Shown here: piece after piece, positions 27,560-39,899 of the stretch
Position numbering within the stretch: position 1 is the stretch's first letter
How the letters are laid out: each line of letters opens with the position of its first letter
Assembly: GCA_024679065.1 (NCBI GenBank)
Contig: JAGIQG010000028.1
Coordinates: 14,136,001-14,200,000 of the forward strand
Source of the DNA: Sphyrna mokarran
Taxonomy: Eukaryota
DNA length: 64,000 nt
Reading direction: 5' to 3'
Made by a program: the position numbers and the translations under genes
The notes under the pieces: generated by a model
The model's database searches: none
Told to the model about the DNA's origin: nothing
Seen by the model: only the letters and a program-made list of their open reading frames with translations

Positions 27560-27800
27560 TCTAATAATTAAAACCGTTTGCTGGAGAACATTTCAAAGGG
27601 TTCCTATAAAACCATAATTATTGGAGAGAATAATCATGGTTATTTACTTGTGTGGCCAAATAATTATTTTGTGAATTTTATTTACAACTTGAACATAAAG
27701 CAGTATTTATCAATAAGTCCCAGTTGGGAAACTAATCCTTCAGCAGTGTAACTATTCATTCTTTCTTCTCTATTTTTACTTACTTTGCTAATCCTCTCAA
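27560..27800 (+). pseudogene. Viral glycoprotein-like C-terminus with transmembrane segment (copy 1)
   Basis: ENNHGYLLVWPNNYFVNFIYNLNIKQYLSISPSWETNPSAVxLFILSSLFLLTLLI; inverted homolog of 28468-28587. Confidence 0.45.
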
Positions 27801-27944
27801 AAATCACATACTATTCATCAAGCCACAGAGGTTTACAGCATGAAAAAGGCCCTTTGGCCCAACATGCTTCCTTTTTTCAATCGCTAAGCTAGTCCCAATT
27901 GCCCATGTTTGGCCAATATCCCTCTATACCCAGTTTACCCACGA

Positions 27945-28136
27945 CCATATCAGAAGACTGGATCCTAATTCAGATCCAATTTCATGTTCCACCAGCTACA
28001 TTATATGATATTTCTTCCCCCATTGTTTGAATTGGTGAGGCAGGTACTCTCCAGTTCCCTGTGTTGAAAGTTTATCACAAGATTAAAGTTTACCACAGGA
28101 GGAATGACGGTATAAACCATTTGAAGTGTGTGTCAT
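27945..28136 (-). pseudogene. Endogenous bornavirus-like matrix (M) N-terminal fragment
   Basis: MVYTVIPPVVNFNLVINFQHRELESTCLTN from ATG at 28120 resembles the bornavirus M start (KVIVPGWPTLMLEIDF, from memory); lies right after a TTTAAAAAA signal downstream of G. Confidence 0.4.
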
Positions 28137-28325
28137 AAAACTAGGCTTTTTTAAAAAAAAAAATCGCTGATGGTATAAATGATTACACTTTTGTCCAATC
28201 ACTCATGTTACATATCCATTGCCTGACCAATACTGCTCTAAAAGCACACAACAGCATCCAATAATGGCTTTCTAGGTTAATGTTCAAAACATCTTCACGG
28301 AAGCGTTACTGAGGTTGGAGAGTCA

Positions 28326-29187
28326 TTATAAATTACTGATCCCCTCTCTCCCTCTCTCTACTGAACCATTGCTGAAGGATTTTTTATTTTCTCCCGAATG
28401 GGCTAAGTTTCATCGAGCTTGTTGAAATTTTATGATAAAGATTAAATAACTGAGTCAAACCAGTAGTACTGTTGGAGGATTAGTTTCCCAACTGGGATTT
28501 ATTGATAAATACTGCTTTATGTTCAGGCTGTGAATAGCATTCACAACATCATACTTTGGCCACACAAGCAAATAAACATGATTATTCACTCCTGTCCCCT
28601 CCCAAGTTTTGCAGCAACAGAGGCAACCCATCATTGGCCAACAACTGAATCTTCCAGTCCTACTGCTGTCAATGGGTTTCCCTATTGCTTGCACCTTCTG
28701 TGGCAGGAAGTCACCTTCGGTGGGATCAGACGATCCTGCCAGCAGGAATGGCTGGAAAGTTTCCATGGATCAATGGGCAATTGAAATTTTCTAGTATCTT
28801 CATGTGCAAGACCAAATTTAGAGTGTCAATAGGTTTATCAGTCATAGTGGTATCATAGTCAAACCTAATTTTATCAAATACTTGTAACACAGCACTATGC
28901 AAAGTTATGGAGGGGCAGTCCTTCCCTGCACATATGTTTAATTTCTTCTCGTTCAAAATTACACAGCAGCCACACACACTGATTCCCAGAAGATATCACA
29001 CAAACAGGAACAGGCACATTCCTAGTCGTATTAAGGTAGAATATTTTCATCCCGCCCACCACAGGAATTGTAGTGGGCAGGAATGGACCACGCAAAGGTT
29101 CATTGACCTTGTGCAGGATTTTCTGGTCTTGGGGTGAGCAAGGCCAGAAAATCCTGCCCTAAGTGTTTGGCCCAATCCTCAAAGACA
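28326..29187 (-). pseudogene. Viral glycoprotein-like C-terminal half with TM and cytoplasmic tail (copy 2), split by two MITEs
   Basis: LNTTRNVPVPVCVISSG / CGCCVILNEKKLNICAGKDCPSITLHSAVLQVFDKIRFDYDTTMTDKPIDTLNLVLHMKILEN [MITE] NHVYLLVWPKYDVVNAIHSLNIKQYLSINPSWETNPPTVLLVxLSYLIFIIKFQQAR...; uses ORFs 28895-29095, 28726-28977, 28455-28766. Confidence 0.5.
29035..29159. mobile_element. Harbinger-type MITE with TAA target-site duplication
   Basis: taa(29032-34) ggtagaatatttt...aaaatcctgccc taa(29160-62); a related MITE lies at ~28590-28775. Confidence 0.7.
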
Positions 29188-32100
29188 TTCTGCAAGACGT
29201 CTTGTCTGGAGACTTTGAAACAAAGCTATTCAAAGACAATTATTCACCAAAAGTTCTTTAGACACTGAAACTTGCTATTGAGATTGCAGTGTCCATGGAA
29301 TTGTCCATGAAAGAACCTTCCCAAATTGGAACTGGAGCCAAAATACACAAGATGGGAACTGACAGAAGGAAATCTCTTAAAATATAAGCATGCCATAGGT
29401 GTGCTCAGTTGGAGCAGAGAAAATAAATGGAAAGCTGTGGCAAGGAAGGCCACATAACAAAGGTGTGTTGGATATGACAGATTCTCAAACCCTGAATGTG
29501 TGCAAATGCAAGAAGATATCAAGATCTACAAAAAGGGTGTACAAAATATCCCATGAAGGTTTAATTTCCTAAGTAACACTGTATTCGAGAAGAACCAATA
29601 ACTTATTTCAGGCATCCTATCCATGCAAGAGGATACAAAAGTTTATCCAAAGTTAAACAGGAAAGAAGTAAAGATGAGGGTAGATACTGGAGCAGCTTTA
29701 TCACTCATTTCAGAAAATATATATAATCAGAATCTTAAACATCTACCACCAAAGCCATCAAGCTGAAACCCTGCAAATTTATACTGAGGAGAAATATCAT
29801 GGTTGAAGGAAAAACTAATGATCAATCAGCAGAATTGTTACTGAACATACAAAAGGAAATTTTCCTGCATGCTTTGGGAGAGCATATTAAACAAAATCAA
29901 GCTTAACTAGGGAGCAGTTAATTAATTGGTTGATGACAAGAAAGCTCTACAAAAACTTGTACAGAAGTATAGGAAGGTGTTCAAGAACAATCTAGCATCC
30001 ATGATTGAAGTTGAAGCAAGACTCGAGATCAAACCGATAATATCCCTAGATGCTTAAAGGCAGAAACTGTGTCATATGTAATTCAACCAAAAATGGAACC
30101 TGTATAGGATGGAGTGATTGAACCTGTAACTATAAACAATTAAGCAACTCCAGTTGTCCCTGTCATTAAACCAGATGGTTCTATAAGAATTTGTGGTGAC
30201 TTTAAGACGTCAACAAATATAGTGCTGTCTCCTTTCCATTAGTTGAGAACATATTCACTGGATTGTCTGGGGGTCAGCAGCACAGTAAAATAGATTTATC
30301 CCAAGCATACCTCGAAATGAAGGTGACAACTGAGCCAATAACCACTTCTAACAATTTTACTCACAAAAGATTTTTCCGGTGTGTTCCAAAAACCTATGTA
30401 TCAAATTCAACAGCGTCCAATGTTATTTGGATGACATTCTTATCATGGACAAAAATGAACAGGAACATTTATAAATCTTGGAAGAAACATCAAAGCGTCT
30501 GGAGAATAATAATCTTTCTGTAAAGAAGAAACACTGCAATATAGGGAGAAGCACAAGATTCCTGTGGGGAAAAGAAAAGTGAATTTTTCAATTGTTAATC
30601 AGTTATTGAGGTGATGTAATAGATAAAGATGGCCTCCATAAAGAACCAAAAAAAATGACAATGATCCTAGAGGCTCCAAGACCACAGAGTGTTTCACAGT
30701 TGCAATCATTTTTAGGCCTAATAAATCATTATGAAAAATTCATTCCAAGACTAAAACCACTTCAAACCTTATTGTGTGCTAATCAACAGTGAAATTGGAC
30801 AAAAGAGCATGAAAGTGCATACAAAGGAGTTAAAGATATGTTAAAGAAATCTGAAGTATGGCCCATTTTAACCCAAAGTTGAAAATTCATTTAGCATGCA
30901 ACATATCACCTGTGTGATGAGTGCAGTTGTCTCACATATCATGCCAGCAGAGGAAGAACAACCAATAACGTTCACATCTCTGTCTTTATCAACCACTGAA
31001 CAAGATTAAGCTCAAGTTGAAAAAGAAGCCCTGAACAAAATTTTTGAAATCAAAGATTAGGGATTCGAAAAAATAGGGATCTACTTGTTGGAAGCAAAAG
31101 TTGGAATCAAAATGTAGGGATTCTATGAAATTATTTCACCAATATCTGTATGGGAAACACTTTGTTGACCAATCACAGACTGTTGACAACAATTTTTGGT
31201 CCATACAGGGGAATTCCATCATTAGCTGCATGTTGTCTATAAAGATGGTCTTTAATACTATCAATGCATAATTATGATATCATGTATTGGAGATCAAATG
31301 CCAATGCCTTAGCAGGACAAAATCGAACCACAGATAGCTACATCACCATATTATACTTTTTTTCAGGTGGACAGTGTACCAATAACAACCAATAACAGTG
31401 CAAAGGCACATGAGAAATGATCCGGTGATGGGACAAGTTTATGGCCACAGTCTTAAGAGGATTACCACTGGACAAATAAAGAAAGAATCCTGAATTCAGT
31501 CCTTATGTTATGGGGAATTAACTGTCCAAAATGGAGTACTGCTATAGATGATGAGATTGATCGTCATTTCATGTTTGCAAAGCCAAAAGCTGCAAAAAGG
31601 TCATCCAGATGTTGTAAGAATGAAAGAGCTTACAAGAAGCTATTTCTGGTGGCCGGGACTTGACTCACAAGTAAAAGAAAAAGTACGGCAATGCCAAAAC
31701 TGTGCTGGAATATGAAATAATTTACCTCTACAACCACCTCATCTATGGGAAAGGCCAAAACAACCACGGCAGAGAGTATACATAGACTTTGCAAGGCTGA
31801 TCGAAGGATACGTGCTTTTTGACCAACTTGATGTGCATTCAAAATGGCCCAAAGTCATGATGATGAAATCCACAACAACAGAAAGAACCATAGAGAAGTT
31901 AGGTGAGTAATTCACAAGATTTGGAAAGCCAGAACAACTAATTATTGAACACAACTTGCATCTAAGAAATTTGTGGATTATCTTAAGAGCAATCGCACAT
32001 AGCACATAAGGACAAAACCATATCATCTGTCCCACCAATGGACTGACGAAAAAGCTTGTACAGTCACTGAAGCATGCTATTAAAGCATCAAAAGATGAAG
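29188..32100 (+). mobile_element. Decayed Ty3/Gypsy LTR retrotransposon internal region (gag-PR-RT-RH-IN)
   Basis: gag LKLAIEIAVSME (~29265); protease VDTGAALS (~29680); [22 protein letters not shown] (~30147), KIDLSQAYL, CYLDDIL (~30421); RNase H AQVEKEAL (~31010); integrase WQRVYIDFA-like (~31766) in Gypsy order. Confidence 0.92.
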
Positions 32101-32212
32101 GTTCATGAACAAATCATAGAAACAGAGGAGCTTTAATCTCATCTCCACTTGAGTCTCCTGGCCCGTTGCACTGCTCCAGCAGTGCAGTGGGCTGGCAAAA
32201 TCGACCACATTA

Positions 32213-32495
32213 TGTTTTGCATAGCTCAGTGATATTATAAAGTATTGGGCATAATTTGTACGTTTTACTAAGATAGACATAGTCTTGGGTAGTTCAACAG
32301 GAAATATTTATTAACTACTAAAATCTAGTCCAATAAAGTTCCAAGCTAGGAGCTGTCTCCATGCTTGCTTCTACACACAGCTCTGTCCAACAAACTGACC
32401 CTAGATGTGGGTCATGTGTTTCTTTACATCACTGTGTGGGCACTACTGTACTCAGTAACATGTTAACCTTTTATGTGCCAGACCCTTACACCACA
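32213..32495 (-). mobile_element. LTR in opposite orientation to the adjacent Gypsy internal region
   Basis: Minus strand starts TGTGGTGTAAGG at 32495, contains AATAAA, ends ...AAACA near 32213. Confidence 0.55.
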
Positions 32496-32519
32496 AGTTT
32501 CACATATGGCACTCCAGTT

Positions 32520-33390
32520 ATCCACTAAGCCATTTAGGAAAATTTATAAGCAAATATGAAACAAGATTTCAGAATTAAATTCAAGATAAATTAGATTCAA
32601 ACACATAAATCTTTAGAGCCAAATAATGTAGCATAGTAACAATGCTGTTGTATTAGTGGAAACTATGAAAATCCTTCAGGCAAATATTTAGACAACTTGG
32701 CAGCTGTAGTTCAGTAACATACACCCTAAAATAGCAGATGCATGAGAAACATTTGTGACAAACTATCCAAAAATGTTAATTTAGATCATCAATATTGTCC
32801 AGTCTCAAGACTGCTCCCCCATTCTGGGTTCCTAATCTCAACTGGCTTCGTTGATTACAAAAGCTGCTGCTGCAAGTTTCTGCACAGTCAGCCTTACTAT
32901 TGCAGCTTTGGCTACACATGAAGCATTCTATCTTATAGATTCAATAGCTACATTATTGCGGGGAGTAGGGCTGGGTATGGAATCAAGAGAGGTGAGAAAA
33001 GATTCCTTTCCTAAAAAAGATGGAAAAGCAAAATAATAAGGTAGGAGTTAAACTGATTCCCAGTTAGGCCTCTAACCAACTTTCAAAACTTCATCCAACA
33101 ATAATAATATGATATTCTTAAATGACAAAATCAAACAGGTTATTGGCTCATATGACTGGTATGCATTTTTCAGTGTTGCCAATGATTGTATTATGGGACT
33201 GACTGAACAACACCCCGGAGTATATGATGAAAGGAGAAATGCTCTCAGATATAATAGTCTGCGCAACTATTCATTCTTAATCCTAAGAAATCTGAATCAA
33301 ATTTATTCTGCATAGTTGCAAAGCACAAATCTCAGAACTCAGAACAAGGTGATTATTGATTTTGAAACATCAGGGATCTTTATGTAGGCA
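32520..33390 (+). pseudogene. Endogenous bornavirus-like nucleoprotein (EBLN-like), decayed
   Basis: One frame read through stops: FSNIHPKIADAxETFVTNYPKMLIxIINIVQSQDCSPILGSxSQLASLITKAAAASFCTVSLTIAALATHEAFYLIDSIATLL...MIFLNDKIKQVIGSYDWYAFFSVAN...TEQHPGVYDERRNALRY (ORFs 32851-33036, 33109-33315). Parallels bornavirus N (FNPHEAIDWINGQPW...ESP...QIKLVASYAQMTTY...TIQPGASVKETQLARY, from memory). Confidence 0.62.
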
Positions 33391-34277
33391 TAAAAAGTAT
33401 GGCTAAAATTTAAAAGCAAAATACTATGGATTCTGGAATCTGAAACAAAAACAGAAAATTCTGGAAAATCTCAGCAAGTCTAACAGCTCCTGGTCTAATA
33501 CGTCTAACTCTCCTTCTCATCAATAAACGTCAATCCTTTTTCAGAAAATACATGCACTCCAAATCTATAGATTGAACTCCACATAGTTCAGAAGAGAACT
33601 TTTTGCAATTAATTACCTACATACAAATTAAATGGGATTTATTTCTCAGTTAAATATGCCACAATTGCATTGTTTCTATATTTTTATAGCCAGCTTTTAT
33701 TTCTCATTGTTTACAAATGAAACATTGGAAGATATTTAAACCTCCACATAACATCCTCAGTAGGTAAAAGCATTGCCCAGTATATCGTAATATTATTCAG
33801 ATCAGAAGATTCCAGCTTTGATGCTTAGTTTGCCTCGACTAGCTGTATGTAATCGAAGGAGCTGCAAATGTTATAATCAGTCTCATGACTCTGAATTAGG
33901 AACAGATAAATTTAGCCAATGTTCCTGCCACGATAGTTACAAGAAGAAAGCAGGAGAATGCGGTTGAGAAATTGAATGTTGGAGCAGATTCAATGGGCCG
34001 GATAGCTTAATTCTGCTCCTACATTTTATGGTCTTATAGTTGTCCAGTGATTGGCAAGTGTAGTTAAGGTGAAAACATGATTTGATTTGGTTGTGATGCT
34101 CCTCATGGTCAAATACCTACCAATGCTCACTGTCTAGGTTCACATATAAAGAATATTCATATGCAACAGGTATTGGTGGTGCCTGCTGCTTATAGAATAA
34201 CATCCTAGAAAGAATTATCATTTTTAGGTTAGAAGGCAGGAAAGGTAAAAATTAAGCACGATGAATATAAAAGTCCT

Positions 34278-34640
34278 TTCATAGAATCCCTATGGTACAG
34301 AAGGAGGCCATTTGACCCATCAAGTCTGCATTGACTCTCTGACATAGAATATTATCCAGGCCCTCTCCTGTGCCCTATCCCCGTAAATTGACACATTCTA
34401 TGTGGCTAATCCATCTAACCTAAAATCTTGGGATACTAAGGGCCAATTTAACACGGCCAATCCATTGAACCTGAACATCTTTGGACTGTGGGAGGCAACT
34501 GGAGCACTCAGGAGAAATCCAACAGACACTGTGAGAACACGCAAACTACACGTACAAACAATTACCCAAGGCCAGAATGAATTCAGGTCCCTGGTGATGT
34601 GAGGTAGCAGTGCTTAATCACTGTGCCACCGTATCACCTA
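34278..34640 (-). mobile_element. HE1-like SINE
   Basis: Reverse complement of the 59245-59592 SINE; ends ctgtgccaccgt. Confidence 0.85.
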
Positions 34641-34919
34641 TTTTCTTTGTCTGTTCCTGTGAACAAAATAAAGTGCTAATGGTATGTTATTTTATACTAC
34701 AGTAATGAAATGACATTGTAGGGTAGGAAGTATTATCCCACTGGCACTATTAAGGTACATACCTGTGTTTTAAGGTACTCATAAAATAAAATTAAGATTA
34801 TTGAAGAATATAAATTGGAAAATTATTACTTTACTGTGAGTTTGAGATGGAGCCCCCGCAAAGCAAGTGTGTTTCTGCCTTTATCTTTCAATGTCTCCTT
34901 CACCAATTCTACCATATAA

Positions 34920-36470
34920 CAACAGCAAAGAGTAATTATATAACACCTTCGATATAATATCCCAAGGCACAATCAAGAAGCATTATAAGATGAAGTATGA
35001 CACTAAAACACATAAAGAAACATTAGAACAAAGAAAAGTATAACACAGGAACAGGTCTTTTGTCCACCAAGTCTGTGCCAACACAGTGCCTCTCTAAAGT
35101 AATATTTTCTTGCCTCTACGTGGTTCATATCCCTTTATTCTCTGCTACTTATGTATCTATCCAGATGCCTGTTGAAAGTTGTCATAAAATCTGCTTCCAC
35201 AATCTGCTCCAGCAGCACGTTTTAGTTATTTACAACCTTCTGTGGTCAGATGACTAAAAGCTTGATCAAAGAGGTAGGTTTTAAGAAGTATCTTAAAGAA
35301 GAACAGTAAGGCAGAGAGATGCAGAGAGGCTATTCCAGAGCTTGACACCAAAACAACTGAAGACACAACCACCAATGATGGAGCAACTAAAATCAGAGAT
35401 TCTATAGAGGCCAGAATTAGATGACACAGATTTCTGAAAGGATTGTGGGACTGGATGTTATTCCAGAGATAGGAAGGCGCAAGAGTGACTTGAAAATGAG
35501 TTACAGAGTTGAAAATAGATGACTTAATGATGGCATGAATATAAGGTTGGAAGCTCATCTCAGATCAAATGTGACACCAAGTTACGAACAGACTGGCTTA
35601 ATTTCAGGGGGAGGGATGGAATCAGCAGCTGGGGAATGAAGATTGGAATGGGTCCAAAAACAATTCCCAATATTTAATTAGAGGAAATATTTCAGCTCAT
35701 CCAGTACTGGATGTCAGATAAGCAGATTGATAATTTAGCAACATGAAGGAGTGGAGAGAGATGGTGCTGTGATAAAGATCTGGTGTCATCAGCATATATG
35801 TGTTAACTAAAGCTGAGCCTTCTGACAATGTTGCCAAGGGGCAGCATATGCCTTTGGGGGACACAAGAGGTAATGGTGCAGGAGCGAAAAAAGAAGTCAT
35901 TGCAGGTCATCCTCTGGCTGTAGTTACACAGATAAGAATAGAACTAGGTAATAGTAGTCCCACCCGCTGAAACAATGATGGAGAGGTGTTAGAGAAGGAT
36001 GGTATGATTAACCATATCAAAAGCTGCAGACATATCAAAAAAGTCGAGGACAGAAAATTAACTTTGTCACCATTTCAGAGAATGACGTGTGACTTCGATA
36101 ATAGCTGTTTTGGTACTATGGCAGGGATGGAAACCTGCCTGGAAGGATTCAAACATGGAGTTTTGGGAAAGATCAATGCAGGTTTGGGACACATTCGAGA
36201 ACTTCTGAGAGGAAAGAGAGATTGAAGATGAGATGGTAGTTTGTCAGAATTGTGAAGTCAAGGATTGTTTCTTTGAGGAAAGGGTTAATGACAACATACT
36301 TAAAAAGCAGGACACTAACTGAAAAGAGAGAACTGCTTACAATATTAACCAAAATGGCTGGGAAGGAAAGCTGGATGATCAGCAATTTAGTGGGATTAGA
36401 TCATGGGAACAGGAAATTGATCTCATGACAAAGATGAGCTCAGAGGGGCCACGAAGAAATATTAAAGATG
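34920..36470 (-). mobile_element. L2-type LINE fragment
   Basis: FNLSFLSEVLECV (ORF 36173-36385), QSGF-like segment, LLKTYLFDQAF (ORF 35226-35558) typical of L2 RT and C-terminus. Confidence 0.75.
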
Positions 36471-36939
36471 TAAATTCAGTGCCATGTAAGAGGAGAATTT
36501 TTTTCTTTATTCTTCCACAGGATGTGGGCATCACTGGCAAGACCAGCATTTGTTGCCCATCCTTAATTGCCTTGAACCGAGTGGGTGCAGAAGACAGTTA
36601 AGAGTCAATCATGCTTCTGTAGGTCTGGAGTCACATGTAGCTTAGACCAGATAAGGGTGGCAGATTTCCTTCATCATTAGTGAATCAGAAGGGTTTTTAC
36701 AACAATCGCTGAGAGTTGGTATGGCCACTACTATTGAGTTTACGTTTATATTTCAGATTTATTTAATTTAATTTAAATTCTGTGGTGGGATTTGAAACTC
36801 ACGTCTCCAGTACATTAGCTTACCATCTCGCCCAAAAGAAAGGAAATATGGTCAGTTGAACCTGGGAAAGAGGGGATATGGCAGACACAAGTAATTGGAT
36901 TGTTCCATCTTTGTGACAAAGAAGTCTATAAGCTCTGGA

Positions 36940-38465
36940 TTTAAAAAGCTTAATTTCATAAATTAAATCATCTGATAATTATATTTATGAGAAGCCATAA
37001 GGATATCCAGTGAAAGAATGAATTATCACAGTAATGTACAGGTGTTTTTGTTCTGAACTAATATGCAGTACTGTACAAGGATAGTCGTATACAGGATGCT
37101 TTTTGGTACCATAAAGCCATTAGGCACAGGAGCAAAATTAGGCCACTCAGCCCATCAAGTCTGCTCCGCTATTCAATAATAGCTGATAATTTTCTCATCC
37201 CCATTCTCATGCCTTTTCCCCATAACCCTGACCCCCTTATTAATCAAGAACCTATCTATCTCTGTCTTAAAGACACTCAATGACCTGGCCGCCAACAAAG
37301 AGTTCCACAGATTCACCAATAGGTGTCACTAGCATGTTTTATATCTGAGGGCCCATTGACAAACTGAGTATTGCATCAGCCTATGATTCCTTCAGTCATT
37401 CAAAATGTTAAAACTCATACACTATTCAATACACTATTTCCAAAAGGAAAAATAGTATTTTAATCTGCCAAAAAATTTAAATGTTTCATCATCAGACAGT
37501 AAATAAAAGTAAGGCTAAAATATAAATTTGCAGTGTATCCAGTGTCCCAAACACTGTGCCTTAGTGAGGAGGTATTTTCAGGAAACACAATTGCTTAGTG
37601 AAGAGAGAATGACATATGACCGGAAATGTTTTGTGAAAAACTGTAAGTTATGTAAAATGGTCTCTGGTTGAAAAATGCTTATAGAGCAGAATTCCATTGC
37701 TGTAACGTAACCGACACTTCCCTCCTGGAAAGCTCTCCTAAAAGGGCCGAGATAACAGGAAGTCAGGTTTTTTTCCACTGAGAACAGACACTTCTTGTTT
37801 GGAAAAATATAGTCGCTCACTTACCTCCTGTAATAAAATATATAGCAGTTATGTAATTCCTATTTATCATAGGGTGATTGTGGATCACATCATTCTTGCT
37901 ACCTGAGTACTTTCTACTTATAGTTAGTCTTTGCTCTGTGACACTGAAAAATTGCAATATCCTATATTTCTAGGAAATATATTTCTGGTCATTGTCTATA
38001 ACTATCACTCTGGTAGACTTTGAAGGTCCATAATGATTTCCTCCTGTGAATAAAACTGATTCATACAGAGAAGGTTCTGTAGATGATGGTAACATATCTG
38101 CGATGGGAAGGGGACAACGTATAGAAGACTGTGCAGACAAGTGAATGTATATATAGATTAGCATATATTCTTCAGATTATTGATGTTTCTTCTGCTAATG
38201 CTTTTGCTGATAGGAGACTTGGTTTTCCAAATAACAAGGAAGCTTCTTTGCATATTTGTAATTGTGTAGCACATAAAACACCATCATCATGATCCTGGAG
38301 ATCCTAATGGAGTGTACTGAACTGCAGAATATTTCCTGGTTTGATCTAGACTGCTTATGTGTTTCTTCAAAATGCTTTTGTGTGCTCTGACATTGGGTAT
38401 CTACACAGACCTGATTGTGATGGTGCTGGGATTTAGTAAAAGATTGCATGTGTTATCAGCTATGA
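36940..38465 (-). pseudogene. Endogenous mononegaviral L fragment: end of RdRp domain plus PRNTase/capping domain; CR1 tail inserted at 37111-37320
   Basis: NLLLNPSTITIRSVxIPNVRAHKSILKKHISSL (LLxDPxSLNI...LKxxI), IRCPLPIADML..STEPSLYE (CxxxAxxLR...GxTxP), QFFSVTEQRLT (YxGSxT motif), QTRSVCS..LPVISALLGELSRR (HR-motif region) in the expected order. Confidence 0.58.
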
Positions 38466-38689
38466 CTGCACAGAGGAAAGGTAAAGTCAGTTCCAGACAA
38501 TCATAAGCTGCTCTCCCTTTCAGAGGGAGAGCTGACTGCTGGTGATTTAACCTGAGGATGACTACACCTCAGGTGAGGGGCAAGGTTGAATAAACTCAGC
38601 TGATATGGGAACTGAACCCACACTGTGGCATCATTCCTGCAACACAAGCCAACTGAGCTAACTGACCCTCGACTACATAGGTAGTCTCA

Positions 38690-39090
38690 AGCAGCTATTC
38701 AGCTTTTCCTTTGGTAAAGTGCTAGTATAATGGAGTGCTTTAAACTAAAAGACTGGGTAATATTAAAGAATGGCCTTTTTTATTCACATATGTCTAGTCA
38801 TTGATGAAGGGAGTACTTATGGCCATATGAATGCTATGGATGGCTCCTTCAATCTTAACAAATTCTGTCACCCAACAGTATTGCAGTGCTCTCCTTGTTG
38901 GCGCTGGTTAGATATGGAAAGAGGATAAAGACATTAGCCCTAGATACATGATGAAAAATGTATCATAATTGATTCATACAGTTGGTTTAGGTGGAAGCTT
39001 AGTACAATCCCACAATATTTAAATTAAGTATTGGTGATCTGAACATTCACTAGCAGAATTGGATATAAATGTGAAAAGGAAATATTTGTA
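38690..39090 (-). mobile_element. Harbinger transposase remnant
   Basis: KIEGAIHSIHMAISTP...YVNKKGHSL on the minus strand. Confidence 0.65.
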
Positions 39091-39444
39091 CAGAATGGGC
39101 AAAGAGCAGGAAAGTGTTACTCTTGGATAACTCTTTCAAAGAGCCAGCACAACTGTCCAAATTCTTACTTTGATGTCCTATGAGTGGTGTGGGCTGGCTA
39201 TGAATCTTTGTGTGTAATATGACAAAACTCAGTGATAGCTTCCATCATGTAGTAAAACCTCTGTTAGGTACAATTCATCAATCAAATTAAAACAGGAGTG
39301 TCTCTGCCTTTACACTCTGGTGTATCCACAATGTGTGAGCACTGTGGCCTTACCAACCTGGCTATTCTATATTTCTTTTTTAGGAAGTAAAGTGGAATTA
39401 CCAAAGGAAAATCAATTATGTTCTTTTACTAAACAGCACATTGA

Positions 39445-39680
39445 GCCTGCACCAACATCAATCCCACCCAGGCCCTATCCCGGGTAATCGCACAATTCCC
39501 TGTTAACACTAATGGACAATTTAGCATGGTCAAGCCTCCTAACCTGCACATCTTTAGAGTGTGGGAGGAAACTGGAGCACCCAGAGAAAACCCACATAAA
39601 CATGAGAAGAATATACAGCCAAGAATTGATCCTGAAACTGTGAGACAGCAGTGCTAACCAGTGTGCCACCATGCCATCCA
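39445..39680 (-). mobile_element. HE1-like SINE
   Basis: tgtgggaggaaactggagcacccagag...cagcagtgctaaccagtgtgccaccatgcc. Confidence 0.85.
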
Positions 39681-39899
39681 AAATGATGGAAGGTGGTAAA
39701 TTGCAGTTCAGAAAATTGTATAAAGGCGGAAAGAAAAGAATGTGGCAACAGCAAAAAGTAGATAGCAACCAAAACAACACAATAATAAAGTTTCCAAACC
39801 ACTGGGAATTAAAGAGCTTATGCCTTGAAGGTTAGTTCTACCTTTAGGGAGATGCTTAAAAATTATGAATGTCAATGTTATAAAGAAATTATTATGAAT

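Noticed and set aside
38455-38485. Splice acceptor ctttcctctgtgcag as start of a host exon
   Set aside because: All downstream frames contain stops or frameshifts and fit viral L motifs better; site is at a SINE boundary.
39180-39440. Possible RdRp motif F/A peptides
   Set aside because: Out of order relative to motif B at ~40600 and too weak; may be L-derived but cannot be assigned.
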